IMG/VR virus record: IMGVR_UViG_3300033153_003239
Coordinates: 1 to 43,206 of that record
Strand: one strand, 5' to 3'
Source: a virus
Length of the DNA: 43,206 nt
Shown piece by piece: positions 7,182 to 14,795 of this stretch (within the stretch, counting starts at the first letter, position 1; each line of letters starts with the position of its first letter). Made by a program: the position numbers and the translations under genes. The notes under the pieces are model-generated. The model did no database searches. It saw nothing but the letters and a program-made list of their open reading frames with translations, and had not been told where the DNA came from.

Positions 7182-7308
7182 TCATAGTGAGAATGCGTTC
7201 AGAGCCGACCCTATGGGGGTAATTTGAAATCTGAAATGGGGTGGGTAGCCCCAAATGGATTTCCATAGCTAAAATGATGACCTTATAATAACCTTAAAGT
7301 AGTAAACC

Positions 7309-7319
7309 TATGGTATAAT
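7309..7319 (+). promoter_or_regulatory. Extended -10 promoter candidate TATGGTATAAT (TGnTATAAT)
   Basis: The perfect TGGTATAAT sits about 18 nt upstream of the AAGGATAACCGATG micro-ORF start. The same 11-mer recurs at 19989-19999. Confidence 0.5.
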
Positions 7320-7336
7320 TAACTAAAGGATAACCG

Positions 7337-7402
7337 ATGAAGAAGGTACGCTACATAACCGCACCGTGGGGTTATAGATTTATATTTAGAAGAAAAGGAT
7401 AA
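7337..7402 (+). CDS. Candidate leader micro-ORF (21 aa, MKKVRYITAPWGYRFIFRRKG)
   Basis: Hand translation. AAGGATAACC(G)ATG initiation region, duplicated at the next ORF. Confidence 0.25.
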   Translation: MKKVRYITAPWGYRFIFRRKG

Positions 7403-7405
7403 CCA

Positions 7406-7576
7406 ATGACTAAGTGGTATAGATATGGTGACATTGAGTATCAACTTGATTTTGCACTAGGCACGATTACTGATAGAGAGTGGACGCAACCTAAGAAGAG
7501 AAAGAGTCATCTTAGACCAGCTAATAACTTTATTCCAAAGAACAAAGGTACTCGAAGTGAACGCTTCCTTCCTTAA
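7406..7576 (+). CDS. Candidate small basic protein (56 aa). It converges on and overlaps the 3' end of minus ORF 7530..8108 by 47 nt.
   Basis: Hand translation: MTKWYRYGDIEYQLDFALGTITDREWTQPKKRKSHLRPANNFIPKNKGTRSERFLP. AAGGAT Shine-Dalgarno. Just under the track cutoff. Confidence 0.35.
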   Translation: MTKWYRYGDIEYQLDFALGTITDREWTQPKKRKSHLRPANNFIPKNKGTRSERFLP

Positions 7577-8108
7577 GTGAGGCAGGGTTGTGTCCCTTAT
7601 CATTCTTTCGACCTCTCAGAGGTATTCCTTCACGCACTTTAACCATCTCATCATTAGTTTGAAAGTAATCTTTTTCAACCACAACTCGCAACAGTTCATC
7701 CCATAGACCGTTCTCTATACCAAGCAACATCATCTTGGCTCCAAGATATTCGTCTAGTTCGTCTATACGAGATTGCTTGAACATATGGTTAAACACTTGT
7801 CTCCACATACGCACAATAATCTGCATCTGTATATTCTCTAAAGCGTGTCCGTATTGAGCTGGATTATCTACAAAGTGTCTACACATACTTATAGCAACTC
7901 TAGCCATATCATTAGTCAATACTCTACTGCCTGACATAGACACATCGATAAAGAGTTTACGCCTTTTACTTTCAAATGTTGGGTGACTGAAGAGGCAATT
8001 AATCATATCTTTTAACTTCTTTGGCGCTCTATATGGGAGGTCTAGCTCACTATTAAACGGTACAGCATATGCAAAATGGTCTATCTTTCTTCTATCAGAT
8101 ACATTCAT
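7530..8108 (-). CDS. Hypothetical protein (192 aa), first gene of the minus arm
   Basis: Track ORF. Visibly GC-richer than its surroundings. Only 38 bp separate it from the first plus-arm gene. Confidence 0.7.
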   Translation of the reverse strand: MNVSDRRKIDHFAYAVPFNSELDLPYRAPKKLKDMINCLFSHPTFESKRRKLFIDVSMSGSRVLTNDMARVAISMCRHFVDNPAQYGHALENIQMQIIVRMWRQVFNHMFKQSRIDELDEYLGAKMMLLGIENGLWDELLRVVVEKDYFQTNDEMVKVREGIPLRGRKNDKGHNPASLKEGSVHFEYLCSLE

Positions 8109-8146
8109 GTTTGTCCTTATACTATATATTATGATATACTTCTGCT

Positions 8147-8503
8147 ATGAATTATAAAAACATTATATCAGAAATTGTTGGTGATAAGTATGTCGATGTT
8201 TGGCTTAAACTTAAACCAAAAGTATATTATAAGAACAATAAACCTTATGGTCTTATGGTGGTTTCAGATGGTCCAGATGGCTATAGGTCTATAGCCACTA
8301 CATGCATTAATGTTAATTATAATTTCACTATAGGTATGATACGAGATATCATATATCATTATAACGAGTCACCAATTTGTCTTATTAGTGGTACAAAAGA
8401 TAGACACTCTACTCTAGTTAAGGCTTTAGATAGTAGGTTTAACTTTAGATATGAAACGGTTGGTGATATTCTATTCGCATTTGGAGAAAATCATAATGTT
8501 TAA
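8147..8503 (+). CDS. Hypothetical protein (118 aa), first gene of the plus arm
   Basis: Track ORF. No clear Shine-Dalgarno. Confidence 0.6.
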   Translation: MNYKNIISEIVGDKYVDVWLKLKPKVYYKNNKPYGLMVVSDGPDGYRSIATTCINVNYNFTIGMIRDIIYHYNESPICLISGTKDRHSTLVKALDSRFNFRYETVGDILFAFGENHNV

Positions 8504-8861
8504 TTTACATAAAAAGTTACTTGGTGAAGTTCCAATGACCTACAATGACCCTGCGTCAGCAACAATATTGAGTACATTAGTTGGTGGGGGTCTCTCTTTA
8601 TATCAAGCTGAAAAACAAGAAGATATAGCTGAAGAAGAACAGAGAAAAAGAGAAAAAGCCGCTGCGGATGCAAAAGCTGAGACTGAGCGTATAGCCAGAG
8701 AAACTAGACCAGAAGGTGAGACTGCTACTGGGATACAATTTGGTACTGGAGATATAGGAGAGGACGTTGGTTCAACTGAAGAGTTTTTAGTACCAAGAAC
8801 ATCGGCGTTAGGCACTGCAACAGGAGCATCGGGTCGCTCTGGATTAGGATTTACAGTATGA
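8496..8861 (+). CDS. Putative virion-associated protein (121 aa from MFNLHKK), with a hydrophobic N-terminus and a charged middle
   Basis: Track ORF 8451..8861, trimmed to an ATG preceded by GGAGAAAA. Sits just upstream of the portal gene. Confidence 0.6.
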   Translation: MFNLHKKLLGEVPMTYNDPASATILSTLVGGGLSLYQAEKQEDIAEEEQRKREKAAADAKAETERIARETRPEGETATGIQFGTGDIGEDVGSTEEFLVPRTSALGTATGASGRSGLGFTV

Positions 8862-9022
8862 GAAAATTAATAGAGTTCCTAGAGGAACAGTTACAGTTAA
8901 GTACTAAAGACCTAGAAAAATCTGATGCTGAAAGAAATAAACTTATTGGTAAAATAGAATTACTTGAACAGATTAAAGTACTAGATGAAAGAGGTTATCC
9001 AGATGAAGAGGAAGAGAAATGA
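8858..9022 (+). CDS. Small coiled-coil protein (54 aa)
   Basis: Hand translation: MRKLIEFLEEQLQLSTKDLEKSDAERNKLIGKIELLEQIKVLDERGYPDEEEEK. ATGA overlaps at both ends. Confidence 0.55.
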   Translation: MRKLIEFLEEQLQLSTKDLEKSDAERNKLIGKIELLEQIKVLDERGYPDEEEEK

Positions 9023-10545
9023 TTAATATATCCGACACAACTCCATCAGAGTTTTTTAACTCTAAGTTGAGTGACCGTAAGCCTTATGAAAATAGGGCGC
9101 AAAAGATATCTGAAGTATCATTGCCATATGTCTTTAGAAAAGAAGGTGCTGATGGTGGTTCAGAATTATTCAAAACAGTTAACCAATCTTTTAATGGTAG
9201 ACAGATTAATAACCTAAAAGCTAAGATGGGTATGGCACTGTTACCACCAGCAACATCTAGTTTTAGACTTAAACCTGATGCAATGGGTATGGTTCAGTTG
9301 TTTACTGACCAAGAGGGTAAGGTTAATGAAGAAGCTATCTCCATTATTCGTCAAAACTTATCTCTTAATACAGATGCGATTAATTCAGAGATAGAGAACC
9401 AACAAATTCGTTCATCATTGTTTGACATGTTACTACAACAAATAGTTGTAGGTTCAGTTATTGTTGAGAAGAATGAAAGAGCAGGCATTACTATATTCCC
9501 ACTACGTTCATTCGTTGTTGACTTAGATTCTCAAGGTGAGCCGTTAGCAATGTGTATAGTTGAGAATCTAAAGATGTTGCCGAAAGGTATTGAGGCTAAA
9601 GAAGAAAAGGAAACTTATGATTTATACACTCTATTGGCTTTGGATAAAGATACTAACAAGTGGATAATGAAACAAGATATTGATGGTGAAGCAGTTGGTG
9701 AAGAGAAAACGTATACAGACTATGACGCATTACCATTTAGATATTTTGGATGGAACTGGGTTCAAGGTGACGCATACCACAGACCTTTTGCAGAAGATTA
9801 CTATCCTGATATGGAGCAAATAAATAAACTTGGTAAGTTAAATACTGAAGGTGCTGTGATAGCAGCTAAAAGTTTATTGTTAGTAGACCAACGTGGTGGT
9901 AGAACTCGTAAAGCAGATATTACAAAAGCAGCTAATGGTGATGTGATTGATGGTAAAGCTGATGATATTACAGCATTTCAATTTCAAAAGAACTTTGACT
10001 TCCAAGTATCAAATGAGAGAGAAGCTACATTAAAAAGAGAACTTATGGCTAACTTTTTAGATACGGGTTCTGTTCAAAGAGATGCTGAGAGAGTTACTGC
10101 TGAAGAGATTAGAGTTATGGCTCAACAGTTAGAAGCTTCTACATTAGCTGGTGTGTATTCTAAGATGGCTTTAAAATGGTCTAAGTGGATTGTTACTAAA
10201 GTTATGAATGAGTTGAAAATTACATTTGATGCTGTTGACGTTGATGTGCTTACAGGTCTTGATGCTCTTGGTCGTTCACAAGAAGCTCAAAAACAAGATA
10301 GTTTCATGCAAAGAGTTTCAACTCTACAACTTAACCATTGGATTAAAGAGAATGAATTGTTACAAAGATACGCGTCTTTCGATGGTATTAACATTGTGGG
10401 TCTATTGAAGACTCAAAAAGAAGTTACAAAAGAACTTCAAGCAGCGCAGAAGCAACAAACCACTCAAGAGTTAGCTGATAGTACAGCTAAGTCAACAGGT
10501 GATGAGGCTGGTAAAGCGATAACTCAACCACAAGGAGGGCAGTAG
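9019..10545 (+). CDS. Portal (head-tail connector) protein, T7 gp8-like
   Basis: 508 aa. First large gene of a portal-scaffold-capsid-adaptor-nozzle series in T7 order. Confidence 0.8.
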   Translation: MINISDTTPSEFFNSKLSDRKPYENRAQKISEVSLPYVFRKEGADGGSELFKTVNQSFNGRQINNLKAKMGMALLPPATSSFRLKPDAMGMVQLFTDQEGKVNEEAISIIRQNLSLNTDAINSEIENQQIRSSLFDMLLQQIVVGSVIVEKNERAGITIFPLRSFVVDLDSQGEPLAMCIVENLKMLPKGIEAKEEKETYDLYTLLALDKDTNKWIMKQDIDGEAVGEEKTYTDYDALPFRYFGWNWVQGDAYHRPFAEDYYPDMEQINKLGKLNTEGAVIAAKSLLLVDQRGGRTRKADITKAANGDVIDGKADDITAFQFQKNFDFQVSNEREATLKRELMANFLDTGSVQRDAERVTAEEIRVMAQQLEASTLAGVYSKMALKWSKWIVTKVMNELKITFDAVDVDVLTGLDALGRSQEAQKQDSFMQRVSTLQLNHWIKENELLQRYASFDGINIVGLLKTQKEVTKELQAAQKQQTTQELADSTAKSTGDEAGKAITQPQGGQ

Positions 10546-10547
10546 TA

Positions 10548-10631
10548 ATGGCAGTAGTAGTAATTCCAGCGGTAGACTTACCAGCTAACAAAAAAGTTAA
10601 AGCGGCGAGAGCTAAAAAAGAGAAGAAGTAA
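10548..10631 (+). CDS. Candidate micro-ORF (27 aa, MAVVVIPAVDLPANKKVKAARAKKEKK)
   Basis: Strong AAGGAGGG 10 nt upstream of the ATG. Hand translation. Confidence 0.35.
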   Translation: MAVVVIPAVDLPANKKVKAARAKKEKK

Positions 10632-10636
10632 ATTCT

Positions 10637-10667
10637 TAGAGCCTCTTCGGAGGTTCTATAGAGTCTA
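10637..10667 (+). promoter_or_regulatory. C(UUCG)G tetraloop hairpin (9-bp stem) followed by the shared motif CTATAGAGTCTA
   Basis: Stem 10637-10645 / 10650-10658, loop TTCG. The 12-mer at 10656-10667 is identical to the one on the minus strand at 36499-36510. Confidence 0.7.
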
Positions 10668-10693
10668 TGACTCATAATTCAAGGAGGCTGATT

Positions 10694-11215
10694 ATGTCAG
10701 AAGTTAAAAAAGAAGAAACAAGATTAGAAGCGATTATACGCTTAAGAGCAGAGGGTTTAAAACCTAAACAAATTGCCACAGAGTTAACTACAGAGGAAGA
10801 ACCTATTACATTTCAAGCTGTTGTTAAAATGGCTAAAGAGTATGACCTTTCACAAGCTAAGGATGAGTTTGAACCTACACCCACACCTAAAGAAGGTGGA
10901 GGTGTAATACCTACATTCAAACCACTTGAGGGTGAGGTTATTATCAAAAATAGTAAAACTTATACTGCTGAAGAGTATGGTGATTACTCAGCTGCAAATG
11001 GTCGTACTAGATATGGTAATGAAAAAGGTGTTAAAGTTAAAGCAACTATTGAAGAGCTTAGAGCTTATATCAATTCACATTGGACGCCAAAAATGCTTAT
11101 GGAAAAATGGCAAATGAATGAAGAAGAGTTGAAACAACTTGTGTGGAAACTAAGTAGAGCTGAACTTCGTGATAAGCCTGTTAAGGTCAATTTTAAAAAC
11201 GACTTTTTTAGATAG
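10694..11215 (+). CDS. HTH-containing protein (173 aa) between portal and scaffold genes
   Basis: Track ORF trimmed to an ATG preceded by AAGGAGG. The N-terminal segment AIIRLRAEGLKPKQIATEL is HTH-like. Confidence 0.65.
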   Translation: MSEVKKEETRLEAIIRLRAEGLKPKQIATELTTEEEPITFQAVVKMAKEYDLSQAKDEFEPTPTPKEGGGVIPTFKPLEGEVIIKNSKTYTAEEYGDYSAANGRTRYGNEKGVKVKATIEELRAYINSHWTPKMLMEKWQMNEEELKQLVWKLSRAELRDKPVKVNFKNDFFR

Positions 11216-11236
11216 TCGTAGTACAGAGGAGAGATT

Positions 11237-12067
11237 ATGAAATTTAATAGATACATATTAATGGACCCAGAGACAGGTGGAGAACCCCAAGGTGGAGGTG
11301 GCGCACCAGTTGGAGACCCAGCAGCTACTAATTTACCTAGCGACCCAGTACCAGAGGCTACAGGATTTTCAGTTAAACCTGAAGACTTACAAGATGGTAA
11401 GTTTGGTGGTAAGTGGTCATCACCTACAGAAATGGCTGAACATATTAAAAATATTGAAGATAAGTATGCCACTCTTAACAGAGAAATTACTGATAAGAGT
11501 AAACAGTCAGATGCAGACATAGCTTTAACAGCCAAAGAGCAACAAACTAAACAGTTACAGAATGATACAATTCGTGATTTAGCACCTAAGTTTATTGAAG
11601 GTGGAATGGTTGTTACTGAAGAGATTAAAGCTGCTCTAATTGAAACAGGTCTTACAGAAATGGAGATTAAGGTTGGTGCTTATGAGTTAAAAGAAGCTCT
11701 TGATAAAAACGCTGTATATGTTGGTGGTCAAGAAAACTACAATATTATAATGGACTATCATGCTGAAAACATGAATGATGATGAAAAAAGAGCTTTCAAT
11801 CATACTATCCAAGACCCTAAACACAGTCAAGCCTTAATGCTTGGTCTTCAAATTATGTATGAGAAGAAGTTAGCTGAAGGTAAAGCTCAACCAACAGGTA
11901 GAGTTCGTGGTGATGGACCAGTTATAATCAATAGTATCAAGCCTTATGAGACTAAACAAGAACTGCTTAGAGACAAAACATATGCTGATAGTCGTACAGC
12001 TTCTAAAGCTGATAAAGACAAATATAGACAAAGATTAGCGATTACTCCTGATAAAGTTTGGAGATAA
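11237..12067 (+). CDS. Scaffolding protein (T7 gp9 position)
   Basis: 276 aa, charged and helical, between the portal and capsid genes. Confidence 0.6.
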   Translation: MKFNRYILMDPETGGEPQGGGGAPVGDPAATNLPSDPVPEATGFSVKPEDLQDGKFGGKWSSPTEMAEHIKNIEDKYATLNREITDKSKQSDADIALTAKEQQTKQLQNDTIRDLAPKFIEGGMVVTEEIKAALIETGLTEMEIKVGAYELKEALDKNAVYVGGQENYNIIMDYHAENMNDDEKRAFNHTIQDPKHSQALMLGLQIMYEKKLAEGKAQPTGRVRGDGPVIINSIKPYETKQELLRDKTYADSRTASKADKDKYRQRLAITPDKVWR

Positions 12068-12240
12068 GAGAAAAGTATGATATACTTTTCTTATCGATTA
12101 TGTTAGATTTAACAACCTAACATTAAAACATCTTCAAAAACAACTCTACAATTACGTGGTTTTGTCCTATGATTTTGTGACTTGGTTTAACACTAACTAA
12201 TCAAAAAATCAAAAAGTCTCGAAAGAGCGAAGGACAAATC

Positions 12241-13167
12241 ATGGCTTACACAGGTGCAACAGCGGTAAATACTGGTACAGATACAACAAATGACTTAACA
12301 AGAGACGTCACTTTAGACGTACTTCAAGCAAAAGAACGTGCTACACGTTATATGGATTTACTTAGAACTGACGTTATTGAAGGCGGAGCTTCTGCTGGTT
12401 CATTCGTTATCGAAGGTAAAGAAGATACTACTGATGGCAACTTAGCTGAATACCCGCGTGGTACACAAGTTAATGTAAACAACGGTACGCAAGATGAGAT
12501 TTCTATCCCACTTGACAGACCTCAATATGAGTCACGTAGAATTGACAAATGGGAACAAGCTGTAGCTCGTTACGATACACTTGCAATGAATGTTCGCCAA
12601 CTTGGTACACGTTTAGCAAATGCTATTGACCGTAAAGCATCTGCGGCTGTTGAAGCATCGTCTTTAGCAACTGGTCTTGTTTCAAATGGTGATGGTACAG
12701 TTGTTGTTAATACAGCACTTCCGGGCGGAGTTGCAGCAGCAGCTACAGCGGAGTTACTTGGTAAAGAGATTATCGAGTCTATTTATGCATCAGTAGCGGC
12801 TATTCGCACTAATGACGTAATGGATGAGGTTTATGTTGGTATATCTCCAACAAATTTCCAATACTTACCTCAAGCGCTTACAATCGTTTCTAGTGATTAT
12901 ACTAACAACAATGGTGGTCTTGATATTGGTGATGTTAAAATGGTTGGTGATGCTACGGTATTCCAAACAAATAACTTACCAACTACAGCTGGGCTTATTG
13001 CTCAAGTGTTTTGTGAAGAAGCTGCTGGTATTGTTAAATTATGGGATGTTCAAGTTGATATTAACCCTCAACCAGATTTCCTTAATGCTAAACTTATCAA
13101 TGCTTATTTCTCAAATGGTATGGCAGCTCTTCGTCCTCAATGTTCTGTTTCTATTAAGAACGTATAA
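12241..13167 (+). CDS. Major capsid protein (T7 gp10 position)
   Basis: 308 aa, preceded by a 173-bp leader. Assigned by synteny. Confidence 0.8.
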   Translation: MAYTGATAVNTGTDTTNDLTRDVTLDVLQAKERATRYMDLLRTDVIEGGASAGSFVIEGKEDTTDGNLAEYPRGTQVNVNNGTQDEISIPLDRPQYESRRIDKWEQAVARYDTLAMNVRQLGTRLANAIDRKASAAVEASSLATGLVSNGDGTVVVNTALPGGVAAAATAELLGKEIIESIYASVAAIRTNDVMDEVYVGISPTNFQYLPQALTIVSSDYTNNNGGLDIGDVKMVGDATVFQTNNLPTTAGLIAQVFCEEAAGIVKLWDVQVDINPQPDFLNAKLINAYFSNGMAALRPQCSVSIKNV

Positions 13168-13177
13168 GGGGTAAGTG

Positions 13178-14119
13178 ATGGAACTGTTTGAAATACATGC
13201 TGGAAGTTTCATAGGAGTAGCCGATGCTACTCCACTTGGACCTAAAAAGCAAATCAGAGCTATTGATGCTGGTACTCAAACTTTCAACTATGGTTCTGTA
13301 TCAACTAGGAACGTAGCGGATGCTATAGGTACTGGTAATGGTGTATTAACTGCATTTACTTGTAATAATACTCCATTGGTTAATGCTGATGAGTTAACTT
13401 TATATGTAGATGCTGTAGAAATTGACCCATCGTATTATAGTGTTGTATTAGCAACTGGTGTTATTACAGTGCTTACAGTACCCACTGATAATATAGCTGA
13501 CGCTTTAGGTACTGGTGATGGTACAGAGGTTGATTTTACTTGTAACAACACTCCATTACTTAGTGATGAAGATTTAACTGTTTATGTTGATGCTGTAGAA
13601 TATCCAAAAACAGGTTACTCTGTTGTTTTAGCTACTGGTGTAGTAACTTTTGACCCAGTTGAAACTACTCATACAGATGATGCTATAGGTACTGGTGATG
13701 GTATAGAAACTGACTTTACTTGTAATAATATTCCGTTACTTAGTGGCGCTAGTCAAACAACTTATCCTCAAGGAGACTCGGGTTTAACTGTTTTTGTTGA
13801 TGGTGTAAAAGTAGACTCGTCAGAGTATACAGTTGTACTAGCTACAGGTGTCGTTACATTCGATGTAGCTCCACTTGATACGTTGGCTGTAACCGCTACT
13901 TATACTAGCAATGATGTTGCTGTAGCTAACGGACTAGATGTGACTGCTGATTATATTAGCTTGGAACCAGTAGGGGATACACTTGCTGTAACTGCTGATT
14001 ACCTTAGTGCCGATGTAACGACTAAAGCGGTTGCTATGTTAGCTGGAGAAGCTTTTGTTATTGGTGGCGGCTGTGAGAGCGTTACTTCTGAAGCTTTGAA
14101 AAAAGTTATATTATCTTAG
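13178..14119 (+). CDS. Head fibre / decoration-type protein with three tandem ~85-aa repeats
   Basis: Three repeats of the form A(I/L)GTG(N/D)G..(T/D)FTCNN(T/I)PL...(L/V)(Y/F)VD(A/G)V.......Y(S/T)VVLATGV(I/V)T(V/F). AAGGGG Shine-Dalgarno. Confidence 0.55.
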   Translation: MELFEIHAGSFIGVADATPLGPKKQIRAIDAGTQTFNYGSVSTRNVADAIGTGNGVLTAFTCNNTPLVNADELTLYVDAVEIDPSYYSVVLATGVITVLTVPTDNIADALGTGDGTEVDFTCNNTPLLSDEDLTVYVDAVEYPKTGYSVVLATGVVTFDPVETTHTDDAIGTGDGIETDFTCNNIPLLSGASQTTYPQGDSGLTVFVDGVKVDSSEYTVVLATGVVTFDVAPLDTLAVTATYTSNDVAVANGLDVTADYISLEPVGDTLAVTADYLSADVTTKAVAMLAGEAFVIGGGCESVTSEALKKVILS

Positions 14120-14203
14120 TTATTTAATCTACACAGTAGGTTTTCAATCCCCATCGAGCCTCCTCTGGGTGGGGATGCCAAAATCTATTTATAGGAGAGT
14201 GTT

Positions 14204-14794
14204 ATGGCAGATTTTTTAGACCCTCAATACGACTCAAGTAAATTCTTTTTAGCATCTGTTAATGTCATGTTACAAGCAATTAATGAATTGCCGATAGCTG
14301 ATGATGTAGAGTTAGCTGAATTATTGGAAGCGCAAGTTGCTTCAAGTGTTCTTATTGAAACAAAGAAAGAAGTTCTAAGTGAAGGCTGGGATGTTAACTC
14401 AGATGAAGATTATGAATTTCCTCAAGATGGTGGCGGGTTTATAAATATTCCGGCTAATGTTTTAGATATATCATCTACTGATGGTAATATAATTATGAGA
14501 AACTGGCAGCTATATAGTAAGAAAGACAAAACAGCTATCTTTGATGAACCTCAAAAAATGGATGTTATTTGGGATTTAGATTTTAATACGCTTACGCATC
14601 CAATTAGAAACTTCATAACTATAAGAGCAGCTAAGAAGTTCCAAGCCCGTACTGTAATGGATACCAATGTTTATCAATACACACAGGTTGATGAAGAAGA
14701 TGCTCACATTATTGCTCGTAGAAGCGAAGGTTTTACAGGCAGATATAACATGTTGACTTCCGCTTATGGTCAAGATAACTTGGTAATGAGTTAA
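14204..14794 (+). CDS. Head-tail adaptor / tail tubular protein A (T7 gp11-like)
   Basis: 196 aa, the same size as T7 gp11. Its position is directly before the nozzle gene. Confidence 0.7.
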   Translation: MADFLDPQYDSSKFFLASVNVMLQAINELPIADDVELAELLEAQVASSVLIETKKEVLSEGWDVNSDEDYEFPQDGGGFINIPANVLDISSTDGNIIMRNWQLYSKKDKTAIFDEPQKMDVIWDLDFNTLTHPIRNFITIRAAKKFQARTVMDTNVYQYTQVDEEDAHIIARRSEGFTGRYNMLTSAYGQDNLVMS

Positions 14795-14795
14795 T

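Noticed and set aside
7195-7275. GC-rich patch with short hairpins (GGGG-TGGGTAG-CCCC, tandem TGAAAT) examined as a possible tRNA or structured RNA
   Set aside because: No cloverleaf, no T-loop GTTCRANYC-like sequence, and stems of only 4-5 bp. No tRNA-like sequence was found anywhere in the window.
8109-8146. Divergent promoter pair in the 38-bp gap between the two arms
   Set aside because: The gap is AT-rich with several TATA-like hexamers, but I could not place convincing -35/-10 pairs in either direction. It is left unannotated.
11065-11535. 156-aa minus ORF, and similar antisense or alternate-frame track ORFs (e.g. 991..1353, 3978..4403, 4633..4971, 5937..6191, 8603..8815, 10487..10675, 17773..18042, 22574..22885, 25700..25987)
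   Set aside because: All lie entirely within longer, better-supported ORFs on the other strand. They have low-complexity or Ser/Leu-rich translations and lack Shine-Dalgarno sites.
12069-12091. 10-bp AT-rich hairpin AGAAAAGTAT/ATACTTTTCT after the scaffold gene as an intrinsic terminator (likewise TACTTAAG/CTTAAGTA at 39214-39233 after the primase gene)
   Set aside because: The stems are AT-rich and no clear U-tract follows in the transcribed direction. They may still act as weak pause or processing sites but are not confidently callable.
13140-13180. T7 gene 10A/10B-style frameshift extension of the capsid protein into the next ORF
   Set aside because: In-frame stops close both frames (TAA at 13165-13167 and TAA at 13172-13174) before the downstream ORF begins, and there is no slippery heptamer.
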